This document shows, in pieces, positions 40,482 to 64,000 of a stretch of 64,000 nucleotides of DNA; within the stretch, counting starts at the first letter, position 1, and each line of letters starts with the position of its first letter. This stretch comes from Chrysomallon squamiferum (taxonomy: Eukaryota > Animalia > Mollusca): assembly GCA_012295275.1 (NCBI GenBank), contig CM022674.1, forward strand, positions 10,540,001 through 10,604,000. The letters are read 5' to 3'. The translations under genes and the position numbers were made by a program. The notes beneath the pieces are model-generated. The model was not told the origin of the DNA. It was given only the letters and a program-made list of their open reading frames with translations, and did no database searches.

Positions 40482-40974
40482 TCTATTGTTTCAGTAATAG
40501 TCATGACATAATTGTGGTTTCTGACAGTATCATTAATGTTGCATACAGATATGAGATCATTATTTCTCTAACATGATTGTTGTTTCCCTTACGAGGGATG
40601 AGAATCTGTGTTGAAAAAAATAAAAGTGAAAACATTAGGCTTGGTTAACATCTTTATGGACAGGACTGTCACAACTGAAATTGTTTACAGAACAACTACC
40701 AGTATAACAGATAATATAAACATACACAATAAAACAGTACAGTATTCTTAACCTCAGTTATTACTGTGTAACAGAAAAGCTTATGTAACAGAGTACTGTG
40801 AAAGGTTTACATTTTTAAATTACCTAGATAATAACATTTACTGTTCGTAAGATCTCATGACTGATTGGCCGATAGTTACATTATTTTCTGTGAACACAGC
40901 CACTTGACCTTTGAATGGATTTTAAAAATACCTGCAAATCTAAATGAAAATTCTCATCCCTGCTTACAAAGTTT

Positions 40975-43900
40975 TCAGTTTGTTGGATGACAGTGGATTT
41001 GGCCAGACAATGATGGTGTTGGTGGCAATCCAGGGAAGAAGTAGAAAGATTTATGAAATCGTGACTGGAAAGTTGACACCTGTCTGTAGCCTTCATCTGT
41101 AGAACCTCGGTTAACCAGTTCATTAACCTTAATCAAGAATATATAAACAAAGTTAACACAGTTGATTAAGGTTAACATAGATTTACTAAATGCAATAATT
41201 TAATATACTCTTATTAATAGTATAGATAAAAAAATGTATACCAAAAATAAAATAAAATTATATGAAATGAAATCTGTAAGTGAATGAAACATTGAATAAC
41301 TAGAGGTCTATGATCTCTTTTATAAACTGAGATCAATCACGAAAAAAAAAAAAAAAATAATTCAGAATTTATTTCTTCTTCAAATTTTATAAAATCAGCT
41401 AATTTGGTTCTCATTACAATGACACCTGATAAAGTATTGTATCAGATCTAAACAATTTTTGTAAAAATGCATGGTGAACATTTACATACCTTGGTCATCA
41501 ACACCTCCAGGCTATCCTTACAAGCAAAGTTTTGAAATACATAAACTACTGCCTGAATGAACCAGGTTCCTTTCTTGGTGTTTCTCCAAGACACATAATC
41601 TGGAAATAAAACCAATAAATATATAAATCCTGGGCTTATAAATATCAGTATTTATACTGAACCTGTTTATATCTGCTTGTTGTTATTTATAATATAGTAT
41701 TAGATACATATTTAGTAGGGTCTTACTACTTTGTGTAATAAGTGTTGAAAAAATGCTTCAGTTAAAGGTAATGAAATGTCTTTTCTGTTTCACATCTGTC
41801 TGTTCAGTCTGTGCATCTGTGTTAAAGGAGTCCTTGTAAAAAGATTCACTTGCTAGTGCCCTTACAGAATTCATCTGGTGCTATCTTTTCTAGAAAACTA
41901 TATGGCTATCGAGACTAACAGATGATTCTGTACCTGGAATAGTTGCAGATGCAATGAAAATATCTCCTTCACTGGGTACTGTATCTTCCTTTTTGCAGTC
42001 TGATCTTGTTTCATCAGAGCTAGACATTTTCATTTGTTTCATTTTCATCAAAGACAGTTTATAATTATCTGGTCTTCCACTTAGCTGTGGTGCTGCTTGA
42101 AGTGGCACACCAGAATCCTTGGAATCTGCAAAACAGAATTTGTTTAGTATATTAAGACTGAAATGTACGTAGAAAAATCTTTCGCTGTATAAAATAGATG
42201 AATGAAAAAATATAAAACAATAGTAACATAACTTAATACTGGTACAATGCAGAAAATGTATTTAATTAGTACATCCTAACAGAGACAACTACTTCAAATA
42301 AAGCTAACATATTAATTATAAAAAGTATGTTCAAGGCTGCACTGAAACACATCTCTACTCAGTTAAGCTGGTTTATTTTAAAGAAAAAAATGTTGGCATT
42401 ATTTTTGGATGGAATCTAAAAAACTCCATTCTAGTAATATTATTAAAATATTCTTTTATAAGAAAAATGACTGCTTACCAAAAACTCTGTTACATCATCA
42501 ACATATTGTATTAATAAGAACTGGAGAGTCCTTTAAACCAAATAACTGGACTAATGTGAAAAAGTTTAATACAAACTTCATTATACCTGCCACTGTTCAA
42601 GAAAAAGGTCTTATACACTGTTTTGTTAAAAATAATCTGAGGGCCAAAACTAACATTTGTTAAAATCACATTCAAAACATGGTACAAGTCACATTCAAAA
42701 CATGGTACAAGTCACATTCAAAACATCGTACAAGTCACATTCAAAACATGGTACAAGTCACATTCAAAACATGGTACAAGTCACATTCAAAACATGGTAC
42801 AAGTCACATTCAAAACATGGTACAAGTCTCATTCAAAACAAGGTACAAGCCACCTTCAAATCATGGTACAAGTCATATGGTATATATCACCTTCAAAACA
42901 TGGTACAAGTCATATGGTATATATCACCTTCAAAATATGGTACAAGTCACATTCAAAACATGGTACATGTCACCTTCAGAACATGGTACATGTCACCTTC
43001 AAAACATGGTACATGTCTCCTTCAAAACAGTACAAGTCACCTTCAAACATGTTACAAGTCACCTTCAAAACATGTACAAATCACCTTCAAAACATGTTAC
43101 CTGTCACATTCAAAACATGTTACATGTCACATTCAAAACTGCCCACAGTATATTGCATTCAAAAGATCGTACAAGTCACATATAAAACAGACTTATAAGC
43201 TAGATCTACTTTTTGTATTACCTTCATTACCAACAAAAGATTTATTAAGAAATATTTAAAAAGAAACAATTTTATGGTTACATCTCAAACATGTTATATA
43301 AAAAAAAATAATGATATGAATATTTTTGGGTCATTCCATTTTAAATCGCCCAGTAAAATGAAAAGTTGTAACCACGCCAATTTTGATTAAAAAAGATAAC
43401 TGCAGGATCTAAAGATTGTAGCCATACCAAAATATAAAAAAAATAAATGTAAACAGTTCCTAAAGGAGTTGTACAGCGAAGGAATAGAACAGAAAGAAGT
43501 ATGATGCACTCATTGATAAAGTTTATTTACTGCAAGATATAAATATCTGTAACCAAAAACTTGCTTACCTCCTTGACAAGCCTGGAAGAAGAACAGTTTG
43601 GGTTTTCCTGCCAGGGTTGGACACTTTGACCCATTAAAAGGATCTATGATTGAACTGATTGGTAGACATTCTCCGTCTACTCCATAAATATTATCTTTCT
43701 CTCCATGGGTCAGAATAACAAAAACAAAACTGTCATAGGCACTGTGATCATATTGAGCAATGGCTTGAATGGTATCTAAAATTTCCTAAATAAAATTATA
43801 TGAAAAAAACCTTAATTAATATGAAATAAAAACTGTGTAAAATAAAGACTTACTGCAGTATATGATATACATTTTAATTAAATTAGTGAAATTAGAACAC

Positions 43901-44810
43901 ATTAGACAAACTAATGATACAAACAAACTATAAAAATATAAAACAATATTTATTCTTATCTTTAAAAAAATTAAGAATAAAACTATGAAAATCATTGCAG
44001 TAAAATATTTGTTTAGAAATAAAATGTATAGAATTATTTCATATTCATGCAGGATAGAGTTTGCTTAAAAAACATACCTTTCGAGATAAATCTTCAAAGA
44101 TTTCTACTTCATAATACAACTGACCAAACAACTTGTCCAGGGAATATTGGTCTTGTCTGTGCCTTCTCTATTTTCTAACTTTATGTTATTATGTCTTGCA
44201 ACCTTGAAGTCGTAATTGTTGATTATTACAGCTTTACCTCGTGGCACACTTTGATTTTTGTAATCCTTTGAGAAATAAGTACAGTTAATGTACTATTATT
44301 ACTATTATTATTAAAACATTAAAAAGAAATATAATAATAAATGTAATTATAATCGTATTAAATAATTTTAAAAAGATATTAAGCTTTTTAATTTAGTCAA
44401 AATGTATGCAGTTGGTGTGTAATATATATAGCCATAGACAACATAATACAAATAATATATCCACATAAATTCAGAATATACAACAAAACAACAGATACAG
44501 AAAACAAACGAAATAACACAAATACAGCCAACACATTCACATACACTGACAGCATATCACATACATAACAAATATACAGACAAGAAAAAGAACAACAAAC
44601 TCAAAACTAGCAAACATACAGACAACAAACCATTAATAACACTAACAGACCACATTAAAAACAAGTAACAAACACAGAAAACAGACACCCACATGCAAAA
44701 AAAAAATAATTTAACACACGTACATACAAAACACAAATAAACACAAATAGTTAAGGCTTTTCTTTTAAGATTACAGATATATCTGATAGAAACCATTTAA
44801 TACTATAACA

Positions 44811-44842
<32 letters not shown>

Positions 44843-47182
44843 CAACATCAAAGCATCATTATTTGAGAAGCACCAACTGTGCATATTAGAACACACATGC
44901 ATAAAATAAAAATTATCTTGAACCTTGGCCTTGATACGTTGAAATGCAAAGAACAACATATCCACATACATAGACAGCATATCACACCGATAATAAACAC
45001 AGAGATAACACAAGTAACACAAGCACAGAGAACAAAAATTAAAAAAAAAGATATTAATAAGAAAACATTACAGTAATATAATAGAATAATAAATCTAATT
45101 ATGAATATATTAAATGATTTTGAAAAGATATATTAATTTTTATAATTTTCTGTGAAATATATATATATCCATAGACAAGATAACACAAATAACAAAAACA
45201 CGACAACAACAAACAAAACAACACAAATGCAAAGAACAACACATCCACAACTCACAAGCAGACAATGATACCACAAATAACACTAATAGACAACATAAAA
45301 GCAACAAGTAACACAAACACAGAAAGCTGACACATACATCTATTTACGGAGAAGATGGAAAACTTAATACACAGTGACACACACAAAACACAAATAAACA
45401 CACTTAAATAATTAAGGCTTTCCTTTTAAGATTACTGATTTATCTGAAAGAAACCACTGAACAATATCATTGTAAAAATGTCTGATTATTTGAAAAGAAC
45501 CAATTGTTGTGCATATCAGATCATAAACATACATAAAAGAAAAATTACCCTTGAACTTTGGCCTTGAGACCTCAGAAATCGATCATACATTGGACCAGAG
45601 ATATCACATTTGATAACACTAGCTTCAGGATCAATTAATGATTCATCTGGCCATTCTTATAAAGACAAAACAAATTATTAGTCTCAAAATAATGTACAGG
45701 CTATTACATAAAACATAAGTCTGTAAAACAATATCACTTTTTTTTGTTTTTGTAACTATATAAAACTATAGTCAATCTGCAAACTGAAAATGTTTCATTA
45801 TTTCTGTCTATATAATCTATATATTTCCATTTAGCTCTGAGGCATTGTAACAGAAACAGATCTATATAGAAAGTGAAATCAATTTATTGTCCACAGATTG
45901 CTTCATACTAAATAACATTTCAAAAATGGGCCAAAAAAGAGTATAACAAAATTGAATATACAATAAAAATAAAAATAATAATAATAAATAAATAAATATA
46001 TATATATATAAAGAATAATTAAATAAAAATACATATATAAAATGCAGGAATTTAGTAACAGTAATTATTTAAAAGAAAAAACCCAGCAGTTTAACAATAA
46101 TTATTTAAAAGAAAGACACAGGAATTTAACAACAGAACTTATTTAATAGAAAAACAGAAGTTTAACAATAATAATTAATTAAAAGGAAAAAAACTTTAGT
46201 TTAACAATAATAATGTCTTAACTTAAAAACCCTGGAGTTTAACATGACTTACTTTCTGGCAGATCATCATTTTCTTCAGTTGGTTGTGCTTGAACTGATT
46301 GTGCTTGTTCTTGCTGATCTCTTTTCTGTTGTTGTATTTTGTTGGCTTTCCTTTGAGCAGCTAATTCTGGTTTCAAAATATCTGCAGCTGAGCACTCATC
46401 ACAGCTGACTAAGACTTCATAAAATTTATCAAATGCATTTTCTCTTTGGCTTGGCAAAATAGTAAGTAGTTCTCTCTTCTTATCAGTAGCTGTAGGTTTA
46501 GCCTAGATAAGGAGACATATATACATATATATCAAGATATGTATATATGTATGAATGTATGTATGTGTATATGTCTGGCTGTATGTATGTATTTTGAACA
46601 TATTATTTATGTCAGATAATATTATGTATGTATGTATGAGAGAAAGAAAGAGAGAAAGGCAGAGAAGAGAGTGATAAGAGATAGAAAAAGTGAGAGAGAC
46701 TGAAAGAACTGGTTGTCTACTGTGTCTTCTGTTTGATATGCATTAGTATTACTGTGTTATGCTGAATTTTGTCGATGTTTTACAAAATAATTATTTTAAG
46801 AGCCTTAAAATAAAAAGAACTTTAAAGATCTATTAAAAAAAAAGAAAAAAAAAGAAAAGCCATAGTTGAATTCAAATTCTGAGAGTGAGAGAGACACAAA
46901 TGTAAACTATTTTTAAATTTGTTTAAAACCATGAATATATTTCAGTACTTTCAAAAACATATTTGAACTATTCCCCAAGAGCTGAATTAAATTTCCCATC
47001 AATTTACGTGTATTAAACAAAAATATATAAACAAAGTTATCACTAACCATAATCTCTTCCAACAGAGAGTTAGTAATAACTCCATTTTCTTCCAAGGCAT
47101 ATGCAATCGTTTTTATATCATGAATTTCTTCAATAATCCTAGTTCTTTCAGTTCGTAGAATGTCTTTATGTGTCTCATTCAT
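40975..47182 (-). CDS. CARD-containing initiator-type caspase (caspase-2/9-like architecture)
   Basis: Exons 47182-47048 and 46502-46253 (CARD: MNETHKDILRTERTRIIEEI...LLTILPSQRENAFDKFYEVL), 45655-45549, 44265-44078 (PRGKAVIINN, REGTD), 43785-43569 (ILTHG, GKPKLFFFQACQG), 42125-41934 (DIFIASATIP), 41599-41490 (YVSWRNTKKGTWFIQ), 41127-40975 (FYFFPG, stop). One-base frameshift near 44153. Confidence 0.92.
42662..43185. repeat. 23-bp minisatellite in a caspase intron
   Basis: Unit acaagtcacattcaaaacatggt, over 20 copies; explains the three overlapping plus-strand ORFs. Confidence 0.92.
44430..45580. repeat. Diverged local duplication of the caspase exon-3 end plus intron start
   Basis: 44430-44945 parallels 45165-45575 (ccatagacaa, aaggcttt..ttttaagattac, cttgaac.ttggccttga); the copied donor is mutated. 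Confidence 0.7.
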
Positions 47183-48039
47183 GACAAACAATTAATTGTC
47201 ATCTGAAAGAAAAAGAAAAAATACTGAAAGAAATAAAACATTAGTTTGACAAGGATTTTTTCAAAGATGTCTTAAACCTTTATCAGAACTTATGCACAAA
47301 GATGCTTCCTAGTAATGATGCTGTCAGGAACCTATATCTGATACAGTATGGAAATGGGGAACAGAATCAGATGAAGCTTTCAAGAAAAACATGTTTGATA
47401 ATACTTCCTGTTTTGGAATATCCAGTCTACATAAAGCTATTTGATTCTTACACAGGCATTATTAGTGAAAGTTTAGGAGCAACCATATAATGTTAAATCA
47501 AGATTATAACTGTTTTTTTTTTAAATTTTTGTTGTTATGACAGATAAATCCTCTGACATACATTGCTAATCTAGATCTTACATGCCATAAATGGTTATCT
47601 TCTTTTTGAGCCTGCTACAACTTCACAGTGAAGTATAGAAATTTTACTTTATGATTTCCAGAGAAGCAAGAAACAGTTCACATGAAGCAAATTTTGTGAC
47701 TGTGATCTGCAAAATTGTTCATGCATCAAACCATACAGAGAATTTGAGTTTTTCTGCAAATGTGATTAATAGTAATAATAAACATGACAATAGATGTAAG
47801 AGACAACTGATGTAATATAGATGTTGAAGACTAGAGATCACCATAAAAAAATACAAATTTAAATCCCATTCATCATCCAGAATACCAAGCTAGGCAGAAT
47901 TTAGTTCTTTGAAAATTTACAGTTGCAAGGACATTTGATGAATTTCATCTGTTTCCATATAACGCTGAGCATTTTTTTATTTTATATATAGATTTATTAT
48001 TTAGATGGTATTAGCCTCTTCTCATTGAATGGTGGCATT

Positions 48040-48760
48040 GTGTAGTTTCATGGTAATGTTGGTCTTCATGAAAGGACAGAAAAATTTCACTTTTGAAAGA
48101 AAGATTCTACTGGACAGATGTTGAGAAATCTATACAAGTCTGTATGTGAAATAAATAATGCCAACAAATACTACTGAACCCTCTGTTAACCTAATCGTCA
48201 ACTAAATCTATGAATTTTCTGAAAAAAACTATCCAAACTAGATCAACAGTATGTATTCATAATTTGACACAATACTCTTCAAGTGTATCCTAGGTCAATA
48301 AAACTGAATTATTCTTTATCCGTTTCAATATGTTCTTTCCAAAAGAATACATTCCTACAAAGGAGTGAGTGAAGTTTGTCGAAAAGCTGATGATTGAACA
48401 TTGGAATCTTCTGAAAACTGAAAAATCTTCCTTTACCATCTTATGGGTGAGTATAGACATAATCGAAGTTATTATAGAATAGTTTGAAATATGTTAATGA
48501 ATTGGCATCTAAAGATCTGAGAAAAATCACAATCCTGCCAGGAGATAAAATATAAAAAGAAGGCTGGAGCTGCTGTTTTATCAGTTGGTAACAGGCTTTT
48601 GTTTTCATGTATTGCTTTTGATGAAAGACATAACTTAGCTGGGAGTTGTGAAAATGAGTATTTGTGGTTTGACTGAATCTTTGTGATTTGTAAAGAAAAG
48701 GACTAGAGGAGAGAGAACAGTGCATTGTAAGTTGTTACTTCCAACACTTCATGGTAATGT
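48040..48760 (+). mobile_element. Decayed Ty3/Gypsy retrotransposon integrase fragment in the caspase 5' intron
   Basis: Broken frames give KDRKISLLKERFYW (~48072-48113), FPK-IHSYKG (~48337-48364; cf. FPxRIHSDQG), YHLMG (~48434; cf. PYHPMGNG) and LSVGNRLL...AFDERHNLA (~48578; cf. LxVGDRVL...GKHKLA). Confidence 0.65.
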
Positions 48761-49773
48761 ACTTCAACCTGAGTCATATCAAAGATATTATGACCCAAAC
48801 CTATTCCATAAACAACAAAACATTTTAAATTATGTTCATTCATTGCATCTGTTGGATTCAGTTACCTTTACAGTAAGATGACAGAGATACTGGTTGAGAA
48901 AGTACAGATGAAGTCAGTGATTTAAGTGAAACAAATGAGGAAGATGTTGAAGAATCAATTCATGATTTTGAGGAGAAGAAATATCCTCTGGCAATTCAAT
49001 CTCTGATCAGACTGCAGTCAAATGATATCAACCAAACTGCTTTCATAGATCAATCACCAGAAGAAAAAAGAACACAGATAAAGTAGAGGCTATGTCTCAG
49101 TTTCAACTAAGGATACCAGAAAATGCATATCCAAGAAGATCAAACTGAGCTTGGGACAAATCATTGTGCATGGACAGTGGACAGTATTTGATGTCAGCAG
49201 CAAATGAACAAGTATTGGATTGTTGGAGCTGATTATATCACCTCACTTATCATACTGGATATTTTATTTTTTCAAATGAGCCAGTGTATACATTATTCTT
49301 TTTTCTCTTATTTCTGTAACTTTTTATTTCAATTCTGCTATAATAACATGTAAATAAATCTCTTTTCTCAATTTGTCAAAACTTACATACAACACTTTTG
49401 CATTTTTCTCTTCATTTTAATTCAAAACTGTTTTATATATAACTTAAAAGGTATTGTCTATTTTAATCATAAAGTTAAATGGAAAGTAAAATTTAAAATT
49501 TTATATATGGATTCTTGGATATTTGAAGATATAAAATGCTCATGCCATCCATAGAGTACATTTAGGAAATGGATGTAATTATATTAGTGGCTGTAATTAT
49601 CATAATTGTGTAACGTATACTGATGTGGAGATTACTTCAGTCTAATTAAGGATTCAGGTGCATCATGTTTTTTTGGTGTGTTTTTTTATAACTATTATTT
49701 AAATGATGTTATATTTCGTATGACTAAAGACAGATATGAAGAAACAGCTCTCCAAATACCAAACAAATACCTT

Positions 49774-49815
<42 letters not shown>

Positions 49816-50128
49816 TCATCATCATCATCGTCGTAATGATAATTATATTAAACCTCAACAAGTAATACATACAAGTCTTTCTAAATAGATTGGTGATAAA
49901 TTACTTTTCATTCCACCTCCAGGAAATTATTTGCATTTTTGAACATATACTGACTCAGTGACTGTCTTACTTTTCGTTTTAAGAATTTAAAATGTTACAT
50001 AACTGATATTATCTATTTAAACTGTATATTTAATGCGGAGTAAATAAATAAATAAATAAACCTGGTAAACAGACTAGGAACGTTACTTACAAAATATATA
50101 AATGTCAGGTAGAAGTCACCTCTATTCT

Positions 50129-50140
50129 AGTTTCGGTTTC
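50129..50140. promoter_or_regulatory. ISRE/IRF-binding consensus near the putative caspase first exon
   Basis: AGTTTCGGTTTC matches AGTTTCNNTTTC; it lies just upstream of a minus-strand gtaagt donor (50090-50085) in a CpG-containing patch. Confidence 0.5.
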
Positions 50141-52455
50141 TAAAAGGAAGCGGTTAGTAACGTGAAAACTAATTCGTGATTTACGACACGTTTATATCAC
50201 CGGTCACGCACTAATCATGGACAGAAGACAGATAGATACAGTCACAACTAACATATACTAATATGATTATTGTAGTTATCAAACATATTACTATATTCGC
50301 ATTTAGTTGATTTTTGGGTATATCTTTTATTAACATGGCCTTATCACAGAATATTATATATATATATATATTTTCTTTTTTCTTCTTAGCTGATGATAGT
50401 CTTAGACCGTTGAGAACCTTTTTAAAAAAGAAATTAAGAAAATTAACTGTCATTTGTATTATAAAACAAATATCTGTCATTAGTTTTCCATTTTATGTAA
50501 ACTAATGTAGAACAGATTGCACAACACAACATTAGATAGCTAAAACATTTATTAAAAGTGCTTTAATTATGGGTTTAATTTGTCTTTTTATAGTTCTGCT
50601 ATCAGTAACTATAATACATATATACCGCTATGACAGAAATAGGCAACAAATCTTTGTACTTCTGTAAGTTTACACATTCGTTAGCAAATGTGGTTTGTAT
50701 AGTCTGCAGTCTAAAGAGTATAGTATAATATTATTATCTTATATCTTATGATTATGAAAAAATTGGGCTAGGCCAATTATTATTAATATATATATTTTGC
50801 CCTTTTCACACAAGGAATAAACGGTTAAACTGGTATCCTAATTAAGATATTCTTAAAGATTTAAACATTTTAAAACCAATTTTATAACATATAAAAGAAA
50901 AAAAAATCTTCTTATGTTTGTCAGTGTAGTTCAGTTGTATAACCATCATTGATATAATCATTTAAAATATCATTTAGCTTCATATAAAATGTATGGCGAT
51001 TTCACACATCCAGAAATTGATTTCGATTAATAATTAATTTGTTCACAGTTTTCTAAGAACCTCCATGCAGAAACTTAATTCACACTACTTTGCTGTAATG
51101 ATGTTTAAAGCATTACGGTGTGTACAATATAGAATTTGCTGCCAGTAGATAATAATAAATAGCGCCTTACAAAGAGCCTTCTCAAAATACCAAAAACCTG
51201 TTGTCTTATATTGATTTTGATATTGCAGTAGTAAAACACGACTGTAAGAAATTTTATATCATCTTGATTGATTCTCTGTTTCACATATATTAAAACTGGG
51301 TTTTTTAAAGGGAAATCAACTCGTTTTAAAAGTTGTAGAAATACAGAGTCAGAGGTGTCTAAAGATAATTCATTCTTTCACTACCAGGACTCTTTTAGTC
51401 TATAGACCTTTTGCCAAATATCGCTTTACTTCAAATAAATAATAATAATATTAATAATGGTAGTAACAATGATAATAAAAATTGTTCTTAACATAAATGT
51501 GCTAAGTGTATATTTTTCCATGCTGCACATTTTCACTATTAAAATATGTTGAAATTTAAATGTTTATTTATTAATTTGTTTTACAGAGTTTATTGTGCCA
51601 TATTTAAACAGATAACCAACATTTGAAACATTTCCTGGAAAGCTGATCTCTTAGCATATGCCTTTATTAAACATAAATAAATATTTTGATTTATATTCAG
51701 TCTTTAATAACTGTCAGTACAATTATTTCAACTCTGACTCAAATGTATAAGATTTTATGTGTTAATTTGATTATGAAGAAAAGAGATAAAATGCAAATAC
51801 AGTGGTCTTAATTTCAATGTAATTATGGATGAAAAAAAATTTAATGATCATATGATCATAATTATTCACCAATTCTTTTATTTTTATCAATATGTTTTTT
51901 AAAAATAATTTATCAAATAAAATTACTATAATTAGTTTCTAATTAACATCATATCTTAGCATACATTAATATAGATGTCACTAATCTGTACAATCTACAA
52001 CAAGGATAATTAAAACTTTCAATTTTTTCTTTGTTTTATTTATTTATTTATTTTTCCAACAATCTTGCCAGAGATGGTGAATGCCGTCTGCCGTAACTCA
52101 AGAGAAGACGACAGAGCCATTGTTTCCCCGTCTAAACAAAAAAGTTCATGGATAAAGAACAATTTACTTGTACCTGCCTATTGACATAAGCATATTAAAA
52201 TTAATTAAGTACTTTGTATTGAGTACATATTATTTTAATTATGAATTTTTATTATTATTTTTATTTTATTCTTCAGTAGATACGGATAACAGTGTCGAAA
52301 TATCGATAATCATGCATGAAAAAAATAATACCGATTTTACATTTTTATTATTTCTTTTATATTTTAATACAATATGTTTTAATTTAATTCAAAGACGTTT
52401 GATGTTTCCTAGAAATTACCATTATACATTTATGCATCACTTTATTATGATCTGA

Positions 52456-52758
52456 CATCTCTCACACGGGCGGTAACTAAATATGTCAGTGAACATCTCT
52501 CACAGCAGAAAAACAAACGGTACAGATTCCAGACGAGAACAGTTTATACGCGAAATGATGAAGAATCTGACATAGATGTAGACAATGAGGATAGACAGAC
52601 TGCTTGGCAACCGATTCAGTCGCAATATCTTTCTTTCGGTTATTTCTGTATTTTTTAACATTTTGCATTATATTTCTTAGCATTTTGTTTGGAGTGTGCC
52701 CGCAATTTTTTGTAAGGCTTCAAGTGTGTCCCGAATTCACAAAGCTTGAGAACCACTG
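52456..52758 (+). mobile_element. Same hAT family, right end with TIR
   Basis: Ends TTGAGAACCACTG (reverse complement CAGTGGTTCTCAA, a Charlie-type TIR); homologous to 37020-37195. Confidence 0.7.
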
Positions 52759-53030
52759 CTCTATCCTATGTCTGATTTCAGTTTCACAAGATAAATTAAA
52801 ATTTGTATTAACACACCATTTACGAATACAAACGAATACAAACATCGACATGGTTAAGACATACGATTACGTCACAATGTAATTTTTAAGCGTAACTATG
52901 GTAGTTATTTAATTTACTATATTTATGTAACAAGTTATATAAAACTCTTTAAAAGAAATTAATAAACAAAACAAAAATAATAATAATAAATTAGTAAATA
53001 AATAAACATAGTACCTTATACAAAGAATAC

Positions 53031-53082
<52 letters not shown>

Positions 53083-53110
53083 TTATGTTTGTTTTATTAT
53101 TGTTGTTGTT

Positions 53111-53122
53111 AGTTTCAGTTTC
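53111..53122. promoter_or_regulatory. Second ISRE-like consensus in the divergent intergenic region
   Basis: AGTTTCAGTTTC, about 800 bp upstream of the 53913 ATG. Confidence 0.35.
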
Positions 53123-53405
53123 GATCCATTTAGACATTATAAACAACATGCTGAAATCAAAACTTTGTTTCTATAGTCTTACGGTTGTCTGATGTTAACC
53201 ATATTTATGAAACGGCAGGAAAAAAAACAACTAACAACAACAACAAGAAACTAGTGCTTTTTTTTTATTATTATTATTATTATTTTTTTTTTTTTCAAAG
53301 AAACGAGAGACTAAATACCAATAAAATGTTCTAACAAAGCGTAGTTTATACCTAAACTGCAAGATCAGAATATCTCTGTCCTTGTAATGGTTCATGTACA
53401 GATAG

Positions 53406-53459
<54 letters not shown>

Positions 53460-53912
53460 TTATGTGTGTGAGAGAGTGCACTCTATCTGTGCTGAGCGTG
53501 AAATATTCATCTACCTTGTACTTTTGATCTTATTTGAAGTCGTAATTTTAAAAAACGAATTGATTTACGCTACACGGAAGTTGTTATTTTTCTTTCTTTT
53601 TTATTCTTTTTATTTAATGATTTTTGTGCAAATATTAAATAAATTACGTCACAATTACTGTTATTTATTATTTAACATGATCTTTATCGTTCTAACCACA
53701 AAAATAATTAAATTCCCAGTAATATTATAGCTGTAAACAAATAATTGTCTACGATAATAAATTATATCAAGTCAGGACGTGTTACCGGTTAGTCATAGAA
53801 ACACGTCTATTGATACAGCATGTTACTTTTCTTTCCTAAATAAATTTCTCAATCAGACGAATGAATAAAATATAACAGCTACTGTCAGAACTAACGTTAG
53901 TAAACAGTTGCT

Positions 53913-56257
<2,345 letters not shown>

Positions 56258-56501
56258 TTGCTTTTATTGATTTGGCATATCGAAAAGTACTCTTCAAAAA
56301 TTATCTTGAAACAACTTTTTGTGTTATATATATATTATTATATCGGCTATTATATGTTGTCCAATTAACATGCATAATGATTTGAATATAAAATAAAAAA
56401 TAAATATATGTATTTTTTAAAACTGATTTACGTTTCTTCAAATTTTTACTATTGTCTTTATTTTTGTATTTGTACATTTTTATGTGTGAAATAATTTAAT
56501 C

Positions 56502-64000
<7,499 letters not shown>

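Noticed and set aside
42657-43259. Three overlapping plus-strand ORFs of 134-200 aa
   Set aside because: Produced by a stop-free 23-bp minisatellite inside a caspase intron on the opposite strand.

Overview
AT-rich, intron-rich eukaryotic DNA full of microsatellites, apparently invertebrate (a mollusc is my inference). The ORF track is mostly noise; I built the gene models by hand from GT-AG junctions and codon phase. Four spliced genes: (1) a ~51-exon, ~2,800-aa 'double ROCO' gene (+, 666-33513): Cys-type LRR, pseudo-Roc-COR, SPRY-like, single permuted MBT, LRR, intact Roc-COR, two TIR domains, Cys/His module, polybasic CaaX tail; (2) a convergent CARD-caspase (-, 47182-40975; THG/QACQG) with an ISRE-like element near its likely first exon, lying between hAT-type ends with a 7/8-matching 8-bp flank; (3) an intron-containing YqcI/YcgG (DcsA/GntA-like heme enzyme) family-like gene with a hydrophobic N-terminus (+, 53913-56257); (4) the 3' part of a TRPC-like channel (-, >64000-56502) ending in a coiled coil and a 13-aa acidic tandem repeat. 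Several intronic minisatellites are amplified copies of neighbouring splice junctions. Also present: a Tigger/pogo-like MITE, hAT fragments and a decayed Gypsy integrase. Each gene has a local stop or frameshift, which may be assembly error.
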